DNA of 64,000 bases. It comes from Deltaproteobacteria bacterium (GTDB lineage Bacteria; Myxococcota_A; Polyangia; Polyangiales; Houyiibacteriaceae). This document shows positions 51,156-61,241 of this stretch, one piece after another (the first letter of the stretch is position 1; each line of letters opens with the position of its first letter). Both the position numbers and the translations under genes were made by a program. Location: assembly GCA_017644045.1 (NCBI GenBank), contig JAEPMI010000011.1, positions 58,029 to 122,028 on the forward strand. The letters are read 5' to 3'. The notes below the pieces were generated by a model. The model was not told the origin of the DNA, searched no databases, and saw nothing but the letters and a program-made list of their open reading frames with translations.

Positions 51156-52145
51156 ATGCTCAGCAACGACAAGCCGCGAGTACTCATCACGGGCGCCGGT
51201 GGCGCGGCCGCCTGCGTTCTCCTCTCCCACCTCTCCCCGCATGCTCGGCTGCACGCCGCCGACATCGACCCGCTCGCGGCGGGTCTCTACCTGGCACAGG
51301 AGGGGCGCCGGCATCTGATCCCCCGAGGCGACGATGCTCGCCTGGTGCCGGTGCTCCTCCGCCTTTGCAAAGAGCACCGCATCGACGTGCTGGTGCCGAC
51401 GGTCGACTTCGAGCTGCTCGCGGTGTCCCAGGCGCGGGCCGAGTTCGAGGCGATCGGGACCCAGCTGATGGTCGCATCGCCCGAAACCCTCGAGGTGTGT
51501 CTGGACAAGCTCGCGCTGTGTCGACGGCTGGAGCTCATCGCACCACGAAGCGTGCCGCTCGACGGAGACTTCGACCCCACCGATTGGATGTACCCCATCC
51601 TGGTGAAGCCGCGTACGGGTGCGGGAGGGCGCGGCATCCGCGTCGTCGAGTCGGCAAAGGACATGCGCGAGCTCATCGGCGCGCCGGGCGACATGGTGCA
51701 GGAGTACCTCCCAGGCGAGGAGTACTCGGTCGACGTCCTTCGCCTCGGTCGGGAAGTCCTGGCCACCGTTCCCCGAGCTCGTCTCAAGGTCGACTCGGGC
51801 GTCGCGGTCGCTGCTCGCACCGTTCACGACCTGGTGGTGGAAGCGGCGGCGCGCTACGCCGCCGAGGCCATCGACCTCGAGGGCGTCGCCAACGTTCAGC
51901 TTCGCCGCTCGCGGGGCGGCACCCCCAAGTTGATGGAGATCAACGCGCGCTTCCCCGGGACCATGTCCATCACGATCGCCGCGGGAGCAGACCTGCCCAT
52001 GGCGTGGCTCGAATACACGCTCTCCGGTCGTCTTCCCGCTCCCATCGCCTTTCGCGACGTCGCCATGGTGCGCACCTGGCAGGACCACGTCATCGACGCG
52101 TTCGTCCGCGAGGCGGACCCCGGCGCAGAAGCCGACGCGGCCTGA
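51156..52145 (+). CDS. ATP-grasp fold ligase (CarB-like ATP-binding domain)
   Basis: The motifs are RVLITGAGG, ILVKPRTGAGGRGIRVVES, MVQEYLPGEEYSVDVL and LMEINARFPGT. Confidence 0.8.
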   Translation: MLSNDKPRVLITGAGGAAACVLLSHLSPHARLHAADIDPLAAGLYLAQEGRRHLIPRGDDARLVPVLLRLCKEHRIDVLVPTVDFELLAVSQARAEFEAIGTQLMVASPETLEVCLDKLALCRRLELIAPRSVPLDGDFDPTDWMYPILVKPRTGAGGRGIRVVESAKDMRELIGAPGDMVQEYLPGEEYSVDVLRLGREVLATVPRARLKVDSGVAVAARTVHDLVVEAAARYAAEAIDLEGVANVQLRRSRGGTPKLMEINARFPGTMSITIAAGADLPMAWLEYTLSGRLPAPIAFRDVAMVRTWQDHVIDAFVREADPGAEADAA

Positions 52146-52146
52146 C

Positions 52147-53601
52147 GTGCAGCTCGTCGGGGCACTGCTGACCCTCTTGGTCGTGCTCGGGACCCTTCCC
52201 GTGCTCGCCGGGGCCTACCAGTTCCTCGTCCTCGCGCTCTCCGTGTTCGCGACGCACCTCGAGAAGACCCGCATCCACCTGCCACGGGTCGCCATCCTCA
52301 TCCCTGCATGGAACGAGGGAATGGTCATCGGTGCCACCATCGACCGCTTGATGCAGCTCGAGTATCCCCCCGACCGGCTTCGCATCTACGTCATCGACGA
52401 TGCCTCCACGGACGAGACGCCGGAAGAGACCATTCGCCGCAACAAGAAGTGGCCGAAGAACGTCTTCCACGTGCGGCGCGTAGCGGGCGGTGAGGGCAAG
52501 GCCCACACCCTGAACTACGGCCTGGCCCAGCTCTGGCAGAACGACTGGACGGAGGCGGTCCTCATCATGGACGCCGACGTGATCTACACCGCGTCGAGCC
52601 TGCGGCGCATGGCGCGACACTTGGTCGACCCCGAGATCGGCGCCGTCACGGCCTACATCAAGGAGGGAAGCCGGTCGCCCAGTCTGGTGCAGCGCTTCAT
52701 CACCTTCGAGTACATCACGGCGACGGGGGCCTCGCGACGTGCCCAGAACGTCATGGGTTTCCTCGCCTGCCTCTCCGGCGGTGCCCAGCTCCACTCGCGG
52801 GAGAACCTGCTCGCCATCGGTGGGGCGATCTTCGACGACACCCTCGCCGAGGACACCTTCACGACGTTCAACACCCAGCTCGAGGGACGCAAGGCCATCT
52901 TCGAGCCGAACGCGTTGGTGTATGCCGAGGAACCCGACACGCTCCGCATGCTCTGGAAGCAGCGGCTCCGGTGGGCTCGCGGCAACGTCCAGATCACTCA
53001 GGTCTTCGCCAACCTCTGGTTCAACGGGGTCAAGCACGAGTCGCTCGGGAGCACGGCGATGGCCGTGCTCTGGTTCAGCATCTTTCTCATGCCGGTCTTC
53101 CAGATCGGCACGGCGATCGGGCTGCTCGGGCTCTACGCGATCGACCCCGCGTGGGCGTGGGAGCTCTTTCGCGCGTACTGGATCGTCGCGAGCCTGGTCT
53201 ACCTCTTGGTGACCTTCGCCTCCTACGTCATCGACTGGGAGTCGGCGCGCAAGAGCTGGTTCGAGGGGGTGATGTTCCCCGGCGTCATCTCGCTGATCGT
53301 GATCGTGTACGCGCTCGTGCCGCCGCTCTTCGACAGCTGGCTCGTGTTCGTGCCGGCCCCGAGCTGGGCCAAGGCGACGCTCGTGCTCTTCCTCTATCTG
53401 TGGACCGCGCTCGCCATGCCGGTGAGCTACCTGGCGATGCTCGCCGAGGACCACGGGCACATGAGGCTCTCCAAGGCTCTCCTCTACCTCGCGGGCTACG
53501 GCCCGTTCCTGTGCGCGGTCACCTTCGGTGCCTACGTGAAGGAATGGCAGGGGGCGGACAAGACCTGGGACAAGACGGTGAAGACAGGAAAGGTAGGCTG
53601 A
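52147..53601 (+). CDS. Membrane-integrated processive family-2 glycosyltransferase (polysaccharide synthase, QxxRW type), no PilZ domain
   Basis: VAILIPAWNEG, YVIDDASTDET, GKAHTLNYG, IMDADV, LAEDTFTT and QRLRWARGN are present. One N-terminal TM helix and at least 5 C-terminal TM helices are predicted. The protein ends 25 aa after the last TM helix. Confidence 0.85.
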   Translation: MQLVGALLTLLVVLGTLPVLAGAYQFLVLALSVFATHLEKTRIHLPRVAILIPAWNEGMVIGATIDRLMQLEYPPDRLRIYVIDDASTDETPEETIRRNKKWPKNVFHVRRVAGGEGKAHTLNYGLAQLWQNDWTEAVLIMDADVIYTASSLRRMARHLVDPEIGAVTAYIKEGSRSPSLVQRFITFEYITATGASRRAQNVMGFLACLSGGAQLHSRENLLAIGGAIFDDTLAEDTFTTFNTQLEGRKAIFEPNALVYAEEPDTLRMLWKQRLRWARGNVQITQVFANLWFNGVKHESLGSTAMAVLWFSIFLMPVFQIGTAIGLLGLYAIDPAWAWELFRAYWIVASLVYLLVTFASYVIDWESARKSWFEGVMFPGVISLIVIVYALVPPLFDSWLVFVPAPSWAKATLVLFLYLWTALAMPVSYLAMLAEDHGHMRLSKALLYLAGYGPFLCAVTFGAYVKEWQGADKTWDKTVKTGKVG

Positions 53602-53603
53602 CG

Positions 53604-55601
53604 ATGCGGCAGGGACTCTCGTACACACTGGTGGCGCTGGCCGTGTTGTCCACGAACGGCGCGCATGCACAGTGGCCCTCGTCGGGAGCAGGCGAATCGA
53701 CGGCGCAGGCCGTGCGACGGCTGGACATGGAGCTCCGCGGCGGTCCCTCTGCGACACAGCGCCGGAACCGGCGCAGGCGCACCTCGAGCGCGACCCCCAC
53801 GACCAGTCTCACGAGCACCTCGAGCCCCAGCCTTCGAGCGATGGAAGGGCAGACCATGGCGCTCGGGGCGACGTGTGACGGACACCCCACCGGCATCGCG
53901 ATGACCACGCCCAACGGCCCCCTCGCGCAGGACGACGTCGCGATCCTCGAGGCCGAGGGATGCTTCGAGCCGGCCACCACCTTCCAATGGCTCGTCCCGT
54001 CGAGCGCGACCATCGTCGGAGCCGGACCCCGGGTGAACTTGCTCACCGGTATGGAGACCTCGATGACCGTCGAGGTCTGCGCCGTGGCCAGCGAGACCCA
54101 CTGCCACAAGCTCGATGTCTCCCTCGGGGCGCAGCGCCCCCGCGTCGAGCTCCACACCATGGTCGAGCTCGCCGACTATGGCTATGGCAAGGTCTGGCGA
54201 CTCGAGGGGACGACCCACGCCATGCCCGCCGGGGCCACGCTGAAGCTCTTCAAGCACAGCGACGTGCATTACCTCGAGAACGCCGTTCCCGTCTTTGGCC
54301 CAGGCGGGTCCTTCGCGTTCGAGGCCTTCGCGCTCAGCTCGGTGGACCGCTTCGTCGTCGAGATGATGGACGACGTCGCCATCAACTCCTACCCCGGATG
54401 CGCGTCCAAGTGGTGCCGCGGCTCACTGCACGACGAGTCGGGTCACCACGTACCCATCCCCCCGGACGGGGCGAGCATCTACGCCTTCGCGACGGCATAC
54501 GTCGATCAGCCGGGAGACCACCCCAATCCCTCCATCGACGCTGCCATCGACCTGCTCGGGGACGCGCTGCCCGGAAACGGTGGCCGGCTGTTGCACACCA
54601 GCTGGGAGAGCGACCTCTGCTTCCTCTATGAACAGGCCGTGGCGGTCATCGCCTTCGGCGCCGCGGGCGCACGCACCGAGGCCGAGGGCATCCTGGATGC
54701 GCTCGCGGGCCTCCAGCTCGCCGATGGCTCCTGGTACTTCGCGTACTACGACGACGGGACCAGCCCTTTTCCGCAGTCCGGTGATGTCCGCTATTCGGGA
54801 GCGGTCGCCTGGGCGGCGCTGGCCTTCGCCTCTCACCGTCACCTTTTTGGTACTACACAATACGACAGTGTCCTGAATTCGGTCATCGCCTATTTGAACG
54901 GCACTCGCGCGACGTTTGGTGGAAGCACGGGCCTGCTCTTCAATCCGACCGACTTGTCGAACACGTCCTGGGACGAAACTCAGGTCATGGCTCTCGAGCA
55001 CAACGCGGACGCGCTCGCGGCGGTCCAGGTGTTGGGGGATCCGGCGAACGACGCTCTCCGGGCCGACCTCGAGCAGACGGTGCTGGCGCGGTGGAACGGG
55101 CAGTACTTCCGGCCCGGGGTCCATGAGGTCTACGGTGAGAACTACGTCGAGCTCTACCTCGACCCGCAGACCTGGGGTCTGCTGGCACTCGACGGGACCC
55201 AGGCGCTCGCGCACCTCGGGGCGCTCGACTTCGCCTGCGAGCGTTTCACGGAGCCGGCCGGGATGAGCGGCCGGGAGGCAGGAATCTTCGGCATGTTCGA
55301 CTTCGATCTCACGAACCAGCCGCTCCCGCATGGGCGCTTCGTTTGGACGGAGGGCACCCATGGCGCCGCCCTGGCGCTCGAGCGCGCGCGGGCGTTGACG
55401 GGCCAACCCATCCAGTGTGCGGGCCAGACCCCCACGACCATGCGAGCAGAGCTGGGCCGGCTCGCGGCGTTCGGGCTGGCGGGCGTCCCCGACGAGTCCA
55501 CCCAGGCGCCCGACTCGCCCTACCGGCCGGTTCCGACGGCGGCGTCGGTGCTCTGGCACTACCTGTCCCTCGAGGGGGTAAACCCATTTGAGCGACCGTG
55601 A
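53604..55601 (+). CDS. Secreted protein, possible (alpha/alpha)-toroid glycoside-hydrolase-like domain (hypothetical)
   Basis: The signal peptide is [15 protein letters not shown] low-complexity Ser/Thr/Arg linker follows. The C-terminal roughly 400 aa is helical with Trp/Tyr-rich motifs ([26 protein letters not shown]). Its position after the synthase parallels BcsZ-type hydrolases. The fold is not verified. Confidence 0.4.
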   Translation: MRQGLSYTLVALAVLSTNGAHAQWPSSGAGESTAQAVRRLDMELRGGPSATQRRNRRRRTSSATPTTSLTSTSSPSLRAMEGQTMALGATCDGHPTGIAMTTPNGPLAQDDVAILEAEGCFEPATTFQWLVPSSATIVGAGPRVNLLTGMETSMTVEVCAVASETHCHKLDVSLGAQRPRVELHTMVELADYGYGKVWRLEGTTHAMPAGATLKLFKHSDVHYLENAVPVFGPGGSFAFEAFALSSVDRFVVEMMDDVAINSYPGCASKWCRGSLHDESGHHVPIPPDGASIYAFATAYVDQPGDHPNPSIDAAIDLLGDALPGNGGRLLHTSWESDLCFLYEQAVAVIAFGAAGARTEAEGILDALAGLQLADGSWYFAYYDDGTSPFPQSGDVRYSGAVAWAALAFASHRHLFGTTQYDSVLNSVIAYLNGTRATFGGSTGLLFNPTDLSNTSWDETQVMALEHNADALAAVQVLGDPANDALRADLEQTVLARWNGQYFRPGVHEVYGENYVELYLDPQTWGLLALDGTQALAHLGALDFACERFTEPAGMSGREAGIFGMFDFDLTNQPLPHGRFVWTEGTHGAALALERARALTGQPIQCAGQTPTTMRAELGRLAAFGLAGVPDESTQAPDSPYRPVPTAASVLWHYLSLEGVNPFERP

Positions 55602-55674
55602 GTTTCGTCTTTGGTTCTGATCTCGTTGTGCTCTTCACAGTGACGCTGGTCGAGGCTAGAGTTCGGCCTGGGGA

Positions 55675-58185
55675 ATGGAGAACAGACCACAGGACGCGAG
55701 GCCCCGCTTTGCCGTGATCCGCTGGGACGCGCAGGGCGCCGTCGTGGCGGTCGGTCCGACCCCGAGCTGTTGGCTCGGGTGGTCACCTCACCACACCACG
55801 TTGATCCCACCCTCACTGCGCTCGGAAGAGAAGGCCAAGCGTGACCGATTGCTCGCCGGGGAGATCGTGGCGCCCTATCCGAGCGTCCGCCTCGACTCGG
55901 AGGAACGCCCCGTCGACGTGATGGTCGCCCTGTCCCTCTGGCTCTCGCCGGATGACGACGCCGTCCTCGGCGTGCAAGAGGTCGTTCGTGCCCGGCCGGC
56001 GCCTCCCACGGTGCCGCCGAGCCGGGAGCTCGACGAAGCGGTCACTCAACGGGTGCGCGCACTCCGCGCGGCGCCATCCGACCACGCCTTCATCGTCGAC
56101 GCCGGGAGCGGACGATTGACGTTCGTCGAGTCGGAGATCGCGGACCGGCTCGGCGTGCCAGGTGGGGAGCTGGTCGGCGAGTCCTTCGCACGACTCTTCA
56201 CGCCCGAGTGCTCGGTGGATGCCATCGCCGTCGTGGAGGCAACGCTCGCACGCCGCCGGCTGCAGAACGTCACGCTCCGGCTCCGGGACGGGGCGATGGT
56301 CACCCTGGCCATGCGAGCGGAGGGCGAAGGTGAGGACGCGACCATTCGCGGATGGCTCCGGGACGTCGGCGAGACGGCTCAGCGCCTCCAGGTGCTGGAC
56401 CCACTGATGGAGGCACTCCCCTGTGGCGCCGTGCTCACGAGTGGTGACGGCGAGGTCCTGGGGATGAACGCCATCGCTCGCAGCATTCTCATCAGGGGCG
56501 ACGTGCCGCGCTCCCTGGACGAGCTCCTCCCGGGAGTGAGCGAGATCGGCGCCGGCCAGACCGTGGAGGTGAAGCTCCCGCACGACAGTGTCACTCTCCA
56601 CGTCAGCCGTGCGCACTTCGAGCTGAGCAGCGGCGTCCGCAACCTCTACACGCTCGTGGACGTCTCTGCGTTGGTCGACGCCGAGCGCGCGCTCTTCGAG
56701 AGCAGCGAGCAGTTCCGAGTGGCCCTGGAGACCGGTGACCTCGGGACGTGGACCTACGACCCCGAGGCTCGACGGGTCAGCTGGCGACCGCCGCCTTCGT
56801 GGCCGCGCGGCATGGTTCCCCGAGAGGACGACCTGCTCGAACGGCTCGAGAAAGAGGAGCGCCTCGCTCTGTTGGCTTCGCTCGACGAGGGGCTCCGGGA
56901 GCAAGTCACGGTCGAGCGTGAGGTCCAGTTGTCTCGGGACATGGAGATGCGCTGGGTCGCTCTGCGCGGCGGCTGTGCCGAGGGCCGCACGGCGCTCGGG
57001 GGCGTCTTGAGCGACGTCACCGCGCGGAAGGAGCAGGAACACCAGCGGCTGCAGTCGCAGAAGCTCGAAGCGCTCGGCTCGCTGGCGAGTGGCGTAGCAC
57101 ACGACTTCAACAATCTCCTCTTCGCGATCAGCGGCAACGCCGCCCTCGCTCGGGATGACGTCGCGCCCGGGTCGGGGCTCAGCGAGCTGATGGGCGAGAT
57201 CGAACAGGCCGCCGACCGGGCATCGGAGCTCGTGCGCCGAATCCTCGCGTTCAGCCGACCGAAGGACGAGGAGCTCCAGGCCACGGCTCTCGCGCCCCTC
57301 CTGATGGAGGTGGTGAAGCTGACGCGACCGACGGTGCCGAAGCTGATCGAGCTCGATCTGCGGATCGGCTCGGATGTCGCTCCCGTCGACGCCTATCCGG
57401 GCCAGCTCCATCAGGTGTTGGTCAATCTGATCACCAACGCGGCCCACGCGATCGGCGAACGATCGGGCCGCATTCGCATCGGCCTGTCCGACGCGCGGCG
57501 CGGGTCGGTTCCGGCCTCGGTCGAGTCGAAGGCTGCTCGCTTCGTCCGGTTGACGGTGGAGGACGACGGCTGCGGCATGCCGCGCTCCGTGCTGGACAAG
57601 GTCTTCGACCCCTACTTCACGACCAAGAAGCCGGGCGAGGGGACCGGGCTCGGCTTGGCGGTCGTCGCGGGAATCGTCGAAACCCACGGCGGCGTGCTGG
57701 ACGTCCACAGCGAAGAGGGGGTGGGCACGTTCTTCGAGATCATCCTTCCAGCGGTCCTCACACCGACGACCGGTCGAACGGAGTCGACGAGAGACGTCCC
57801 GAAGGGAGCGGGCCAGCACGTGCTCTTCGTCGACGACGAGGTCGCGATCGCCACCGTGGTCGAGCGGGTGCTCGAGCGGCTCGGCTATCGCGTGCGCGCC
57901 TTCACGGACCCGAGAGAAGCGCTGCTCGCGTTCGAGCAGGCACCGGAGGCTTTCGACGTCCTGATCACCGACATCGACATGCCTCGCATGAGCGGACTGA
58001 CTCTCGTCGCGCGGGTGCGCGGCGTTCGGCCGGACCTGCCCGTCGTGATCGCCACGGGGCATCTACCGGACGAGGAGGGCTTCCTGCGAGGGTTGCCTCG
58101 GCTCCAGATCGTGGAGAAGGCGAACATGCGCGCGCAGCTCGGAGCCGCCCTGGAACGAACCTTTGGGGGTGACGGTGCACGGTGA
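55675..58185 (+). CDS. PAS-domain hybrid histidine kinase (PAS x about 3, HisKA, HATPase, REC)
   Basis: The H-box is GSLASGVAHDFNNLLFAI. The ATPase motifs are NLITNAAHA and GEGTGLGLAVV. The REC domain is VLFVDDEVAIA...ITDIDMPRMSG...VIATGH. Confidence 0.9.
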   Translation: MENRPQDARPRFAVIRWDAQGAVVAVGPTPSCWLGWSPHHTTLIPPSLRSEEKAKRDRLLAGEIVAPYPSVRLDSEERPVDVMVALSLWLSPDDDAVLGVQEVVRARPAPPTVPPSRELDEAVTQRVRALRAAPSDHAFIVDAGSGRLTFVESEIADRLGVPGGELVGESFARLFTPECSVDAIAVVEATLARRRLQNVTLRLRDGAMVTLAMRAEGEGEDATIRGWLRDVGETAQRLQVLDPLMEALPCGAVLTSGDGEVLGMNAIARSILIRGDVPRSLDELLPGVSEIGAGQTVEVKLPHDSVTLHVSRAHFELSSGVRNLYTLVDVSALVDAERALFESSEQFRVALETGDLGTWTYDPEARRVSWRPPPSWPRGMVPREDDLLERLEKEERLALLASLDEGLREQVTVEREVQLSRDMEMRWVALRGGCAEGRTALGGVLSDVTARKEQEHQRLQSQKLEALGSLASGVAHDFNNLLFAISGNAALARDDVAPGSGLSELMGEIEQAADRASELVRRILAFSRPKDEELQATALAPLLMEVVKLTRPTVPKLIELDLRIGSDVAPVDAYPGQLHQVLVNLITNAAHAIGERSGRIRIGLSDARRGSVPASVESKAARFVRLTVEDDGCGMPRSVLDKVFDPYFTTKKPGEGTGLGLAVVAGIVETHGGVLDVHSEEGVGTFFEIILPAVLTPTTGRTESTRDVPKGAGQHVLFVDDEVAIATVVERVLERLGYRVRAFTDPREALLAFEQAPEAFDVLITDIDMPRMSGLTLVARVRGVRPDLPVVIATGHLPDEEGFLRGLPRLQIVEKANMRAQLGAALERTFGGDGAR

Positions 58186-61147
58186 ACGCCCAGACGAGGG
58201 CCGCCACTACCTGGAACGCGAGCTGTACGAGCGTCTCCAGAGCGACCCGGCGATCTTCGAGTTCCTCCAGGCGGGTTCACTCGACGGCCTCTGGTACTGG
58301 GACCTCGTGGACCAGGAGCACGAGTGGCTCAGCCCTCGTTTCAAGGAGGTCTTCGGCTACTCCGTCGACGAGGTCCCGCACACCTCGGACTGGTGGCAGG
58401 CGAACATCTTCGAGGAGGACCTCGCGAAGGCCGCCGAACGCTTTCAGCAGCACATCGACGACCCGAGCGTCCCGTACGACCTGATCGTTCGCTACCGCCA
58501 CAAGAACGGTTCGACCGTCTGGATTCGCTGCCGCGGCATCGCCATCCGCGATGAAGACGGCACGCCCACTCGGATGCTCGGCGCGCACACCGATCTCACG
58601 CCGCTGATGATCTCCCGGCAGCGGCTCAGCAGTCTCTTCGAAGGCAGCGCCGATCACGTCGTGACCTTGGACAGCGACCGTCGCTCGATCGTCGACGTGT
58701 CCACGCTCTTCGCCGAGTGGGCCTGGGGAGAGCGTCGGCCGCCGATGCCCCTCCCCCTCGAAGAGGTCTTCAGCGCCTCCTCGGTCGAGGCGCTGAGCTC
58801 GGCCGAGGACCCAGAGTATCTCGTGTGGCGGGAGCTCACCCACGTCAGCAGCTCGCGGGGTGTCCTCGTGGTGGAACAGGCGAAACGGGAGGACTCCCGG
58901 CTCGTCGTGCGAGCGTTCGACGCGAGTCACCTCGAGCGCCTCCAGAACGTCGCGCACCTCTTGCAGCGCCTGCCCACGCCCGCGCTCATCGCCCGCCCGG
59001 ACGGGACGGTCGTGGCCACCAACCCGGCGCTGCGTTCGCTCAGTCCCGCGTGCGCGGTCAATTGCCCGACGCTGGACCAGGTCGGTGTCGAAGGCCTCGC
59101 CGAGTGGTTCGCCGAACCGGACGCTCTGCCAACGGTGTTGACCACGACCGGTACGCCTGCTCGGAGCCTGGCGGTGACACGCTCGGTGGTCGAGGTCGGC
59201 CAAGAGCCAGCGATGATCCTCGGCTTCGTGGACATCACCGAGCGAGAGTCGATGGCGAGGCGGCTCCAGGCGACCGAGTCGGAGCTTCGCCGCACCCTCG
59301 AGCTCTCACCCGGGGCCTACTTCGCCTTGACGTGGGACGGGGCCGGGAGCGTCTCGATGGCGTCGCGAGGACCGCGGCTCGTCAACACGCTCGGCGAGGT
59401 TCCCGCCACCGACCCGTGGCGACACGTCGTCGCTGACCATCGCGATGAGCTGATGCTCAGTCTCGAGGCGGCCGCGCGCGACGGGGAGGTCTGGCACCAG
59501 ATTTTCCTGGTCGCCCACCCCCAGCGCGGGCAGCGCTGGATCGAAGGCCAAGCGACCCCGGTGCGGGACGGAGCGGCGACCACCTTCTATGGCTTCCTGC
59601 TCGACGTGACCGAGCGCGAGACCGCGGGGATCGCGCTGCGTTCTTCGCGCGAGAAGCTGCACACGGCTCTCGAGGCCGGCGGGATGAGCGCGTTCAGTGT
59701 CGAGTTCGGCACGGGAGAGGTCGGCTGGGATCACAATGCCAGCGCGGTGCTCGGCCACCCCACCGAGCGCTTGCCTGCCACGATCGACGAGCTTCTGGCC
59801 CTGTTCATGCCGGAGAGTGAGCGTGCTGCGCGCGCCAAGCTCGCGCACGTGCTCGAGCATGGGGGAGCGACCTCGTCGGAGCGGGGCATCCGAGATGCCG
59901 ACGGCAACGAACGCTGGATCGCACTCACGGGTCGTGCGCGGCCGGACGTCAGCGGCTTCGAGGGCGTCGTCTGGGACGTGACCGACCGGCGAAAGGAGGA
60001 GGCGAGCCGGGTGCGCTCACAGAACCTCGAGTCGCTCGGCACGCTCGCGGGCGGTATCGCTCACGACTTCAACAACATCCTCTTCGCGATGACCGGCAAC
60101 CTCGCCATGGCCACCGCCGAGCTGGCCACCGGCCACCCCGCTCAGGAGTATCTGCACGAGCTCAAGCGCGGTGCCGCGCGGGCGAGCGCACTCGTGAAGC
60201 GCATCCTGGCGTTCAGTCGGCCCGCAGAGGACCAGAACCACGCCATCCGTTGCCGGCCGATCGTCGTCGAGGCCGTCGAGCTCCTGCGGGCGTCGCTCCC
60301 GCGCAAGGTACGTCTGACGCTCTCGGACGGTCCCGTGCTGCCCCTCGTCAACTTCGAGGGGACGGAAGTGCACCAGATCGTCGTGAACCTGGTGACCAAC
60401 GCGAGCCAGGCGATCGGCGAGGAACGGGGCGAGATCGCGTTGTCCCTGGATCGGGTGCGCGTGCGGCCAGCCCAAGCCGAGCTCCTGGATGGGCTCGACC
60501 CGGGCACCTACGTACGCCTCACGGTCCGCGACGACGGTCCCGGGATGCCGCCCTCCGTTCAGAAGCGGATCTTCGATCCCTTCTTCACCACGAAGGGCGA
60601 AGGGTCCGGCACGGGCCTCGGCCTCTCCGTGGTCCACGGCCTGGTCCAGTCACGCGGCGGCGCGATCTCGGTCTACTCGGCAGTCGACAAGGGCACCGTC
60701 TTCCACGTCTACCTTCCCCTGGCCGAAGCCGACCCCGTTCGTTCCGATGACCCTCCGGTCGGAGCCTCGGCCCGTCGCCTCGTCTACATCGACGACGAGC
60801 TGGCGATCGTCCGCGTCGCCCAGCGGGTGCTCGAGCGGCAGGGCTATCAGGTGGATGTGTTCACGGACCCCCTCGCAGCGCTGGCCTCCATCGAGAAGGC
60901 CGCACCTGACGCGCTCGTGACGGATCTCTCGATGCCCGAGCTCTCCGGCATCGAGCTGATTCGCGAGGTGCGCAAGGTCCACCCCGATCTGCCGATCGTC
61001 CTCACGACCGGGCACTTGCCGCCCTCGTTGGAAGTCCAGGCACGCTCGCTCGGCGTCGAGCACGTGGTGCTGAAGTCCGACATGGTCGAGCAACTCGGGG
61101 GGGTCCTGCGGCTCCTCTTCCCCGAGGGCGCTCAGTCCATCCCATGA
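58163..61147 (+). CDS. PAS-domain hybrid histidine kinase, tandem paralogue of the upstream kinase
   Basis: PAS signature: GLWYWDL...EWLSPRFKEVFGY...YRHKNGSTVWIRCRG. H-box: GTLAGGIAHDFNNILFAM. ATPase: GSGTGLGLSVV. REC: LVYIDDELAIV...VTDLSMPELSG...VLTTGH. The start is ambiguous (TTG 58163, GTG 58169 or 58175) and overlaps the upstream stop. Confidence 0.88.
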   Translation: MGVTVHGERPDEGRHYLERELYERLQSDPAIFEFLQAGSLDGLWYWDLVDQEHEWLSPRFKEVFGYSVDEVPHTSDWWQANIFEEDLAKAAERFQQHIDDPSVPYDLIVRYRHKNGSTVWIRCRGIAIRDEDGTPTRMLGAHTDLTPLMISRQRLSSLFEGSADHVVTLDSDRRSIVDVSTLFAEWAWGERRPPMPLPLEEVFSASSVEALSSAEDPEYLVWRELTHVSSSRGVLVVEQAKREDSRLVVRAFDASHLERLQNVAHLLQRLPTPALIARPDGTVVATNPALRSLSPACAVNCPTLDQVGVEGLAEWFAEPDALPTVLTTTGTPARSLAVTRSVVEVGQEPAMILGFVDITERESMARRLQATESELRRTLELSPGAYFALTWDGAGSVSMASRGPRLVNTLGEVPATDPWRHVVADHRDELMLSLEAAARDGEVWHQIFLVAHPQRGQRWIEGQATPVRDGAATTFYGFLLDVTERETAGIALRSSREKLHTALEAGGMSAFSVEFGTGEVGWDHNASAVLGHPTERLPATIDELLALFMPESERAARAKLAHVLEHGGATSSERGIRDADGNERWIALTGRARPDVSGFEGVVWDVTDRRKEEASRVRSQNLESLGTLAGGIAHDFNNILFAMTGNLAMATAELATGHPAQEYLHELKRGAARASALVKRILAFSRPAEDQNHAIRCRPIVVEAVELLRASLPRKVRLTLSDGPVLPLVNFEGTEVHQIVVNLVTNASQAIGEERGEIALSLDRVRVRPAQAELLDGLDPGTYVRLTVRDDGPGMPPSVQKRIFDPFFTTKGEGSGTGLGLSVVHGLVQSRGGAISVYSAVDKGTVFHVYLPLAEADPVRSDDPPVGASARRLVYIDDELAIVRVAQRVLERQGYQVDVFTDPLAALASIEKAAPDALVTDLSMPELSGIELIREVRKVHPDLPIVLTTGHLPPSLEVQARSLGVEHVVLKSDMVEQLGGVLRLLFPEGAQSIP

Positions 61148-61213
61148 TGGCCCGCCGGGTCCCACCCGTCCCGAAATGGGCCGAAGTGGGATGGTTGGAG
61201 CCGAAGAACCGTG

Positions 61214-61228
61214 TGGCACGCGTCCTGC
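61214..61228 (+). promoter_or_regulatory. Sigma-54-type promoter candidate TGGCAC-GCGTC-CTGC
   Basis: This is the best match in the window to TGGCAC-N5-TTGC. The -24 hexamer is perfect and the -12 GC is in register. The ATG at 61242 lies 14 nt after the GC. Confidence 0.5.
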
Positions 61229-61241
61229 TTCGTGTCGGGGC

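Noticed and set aside
52147-53601. Annotating the GT2 as cellulose synthase BcsA or as PNAG synthase PgaC
   Set aside because: The motifs (DxD, AED, QRLRW) are generic for processive GT2 synthases. No PilZ domain is present, and substrate specificity cannot be read from the sequence by eye.
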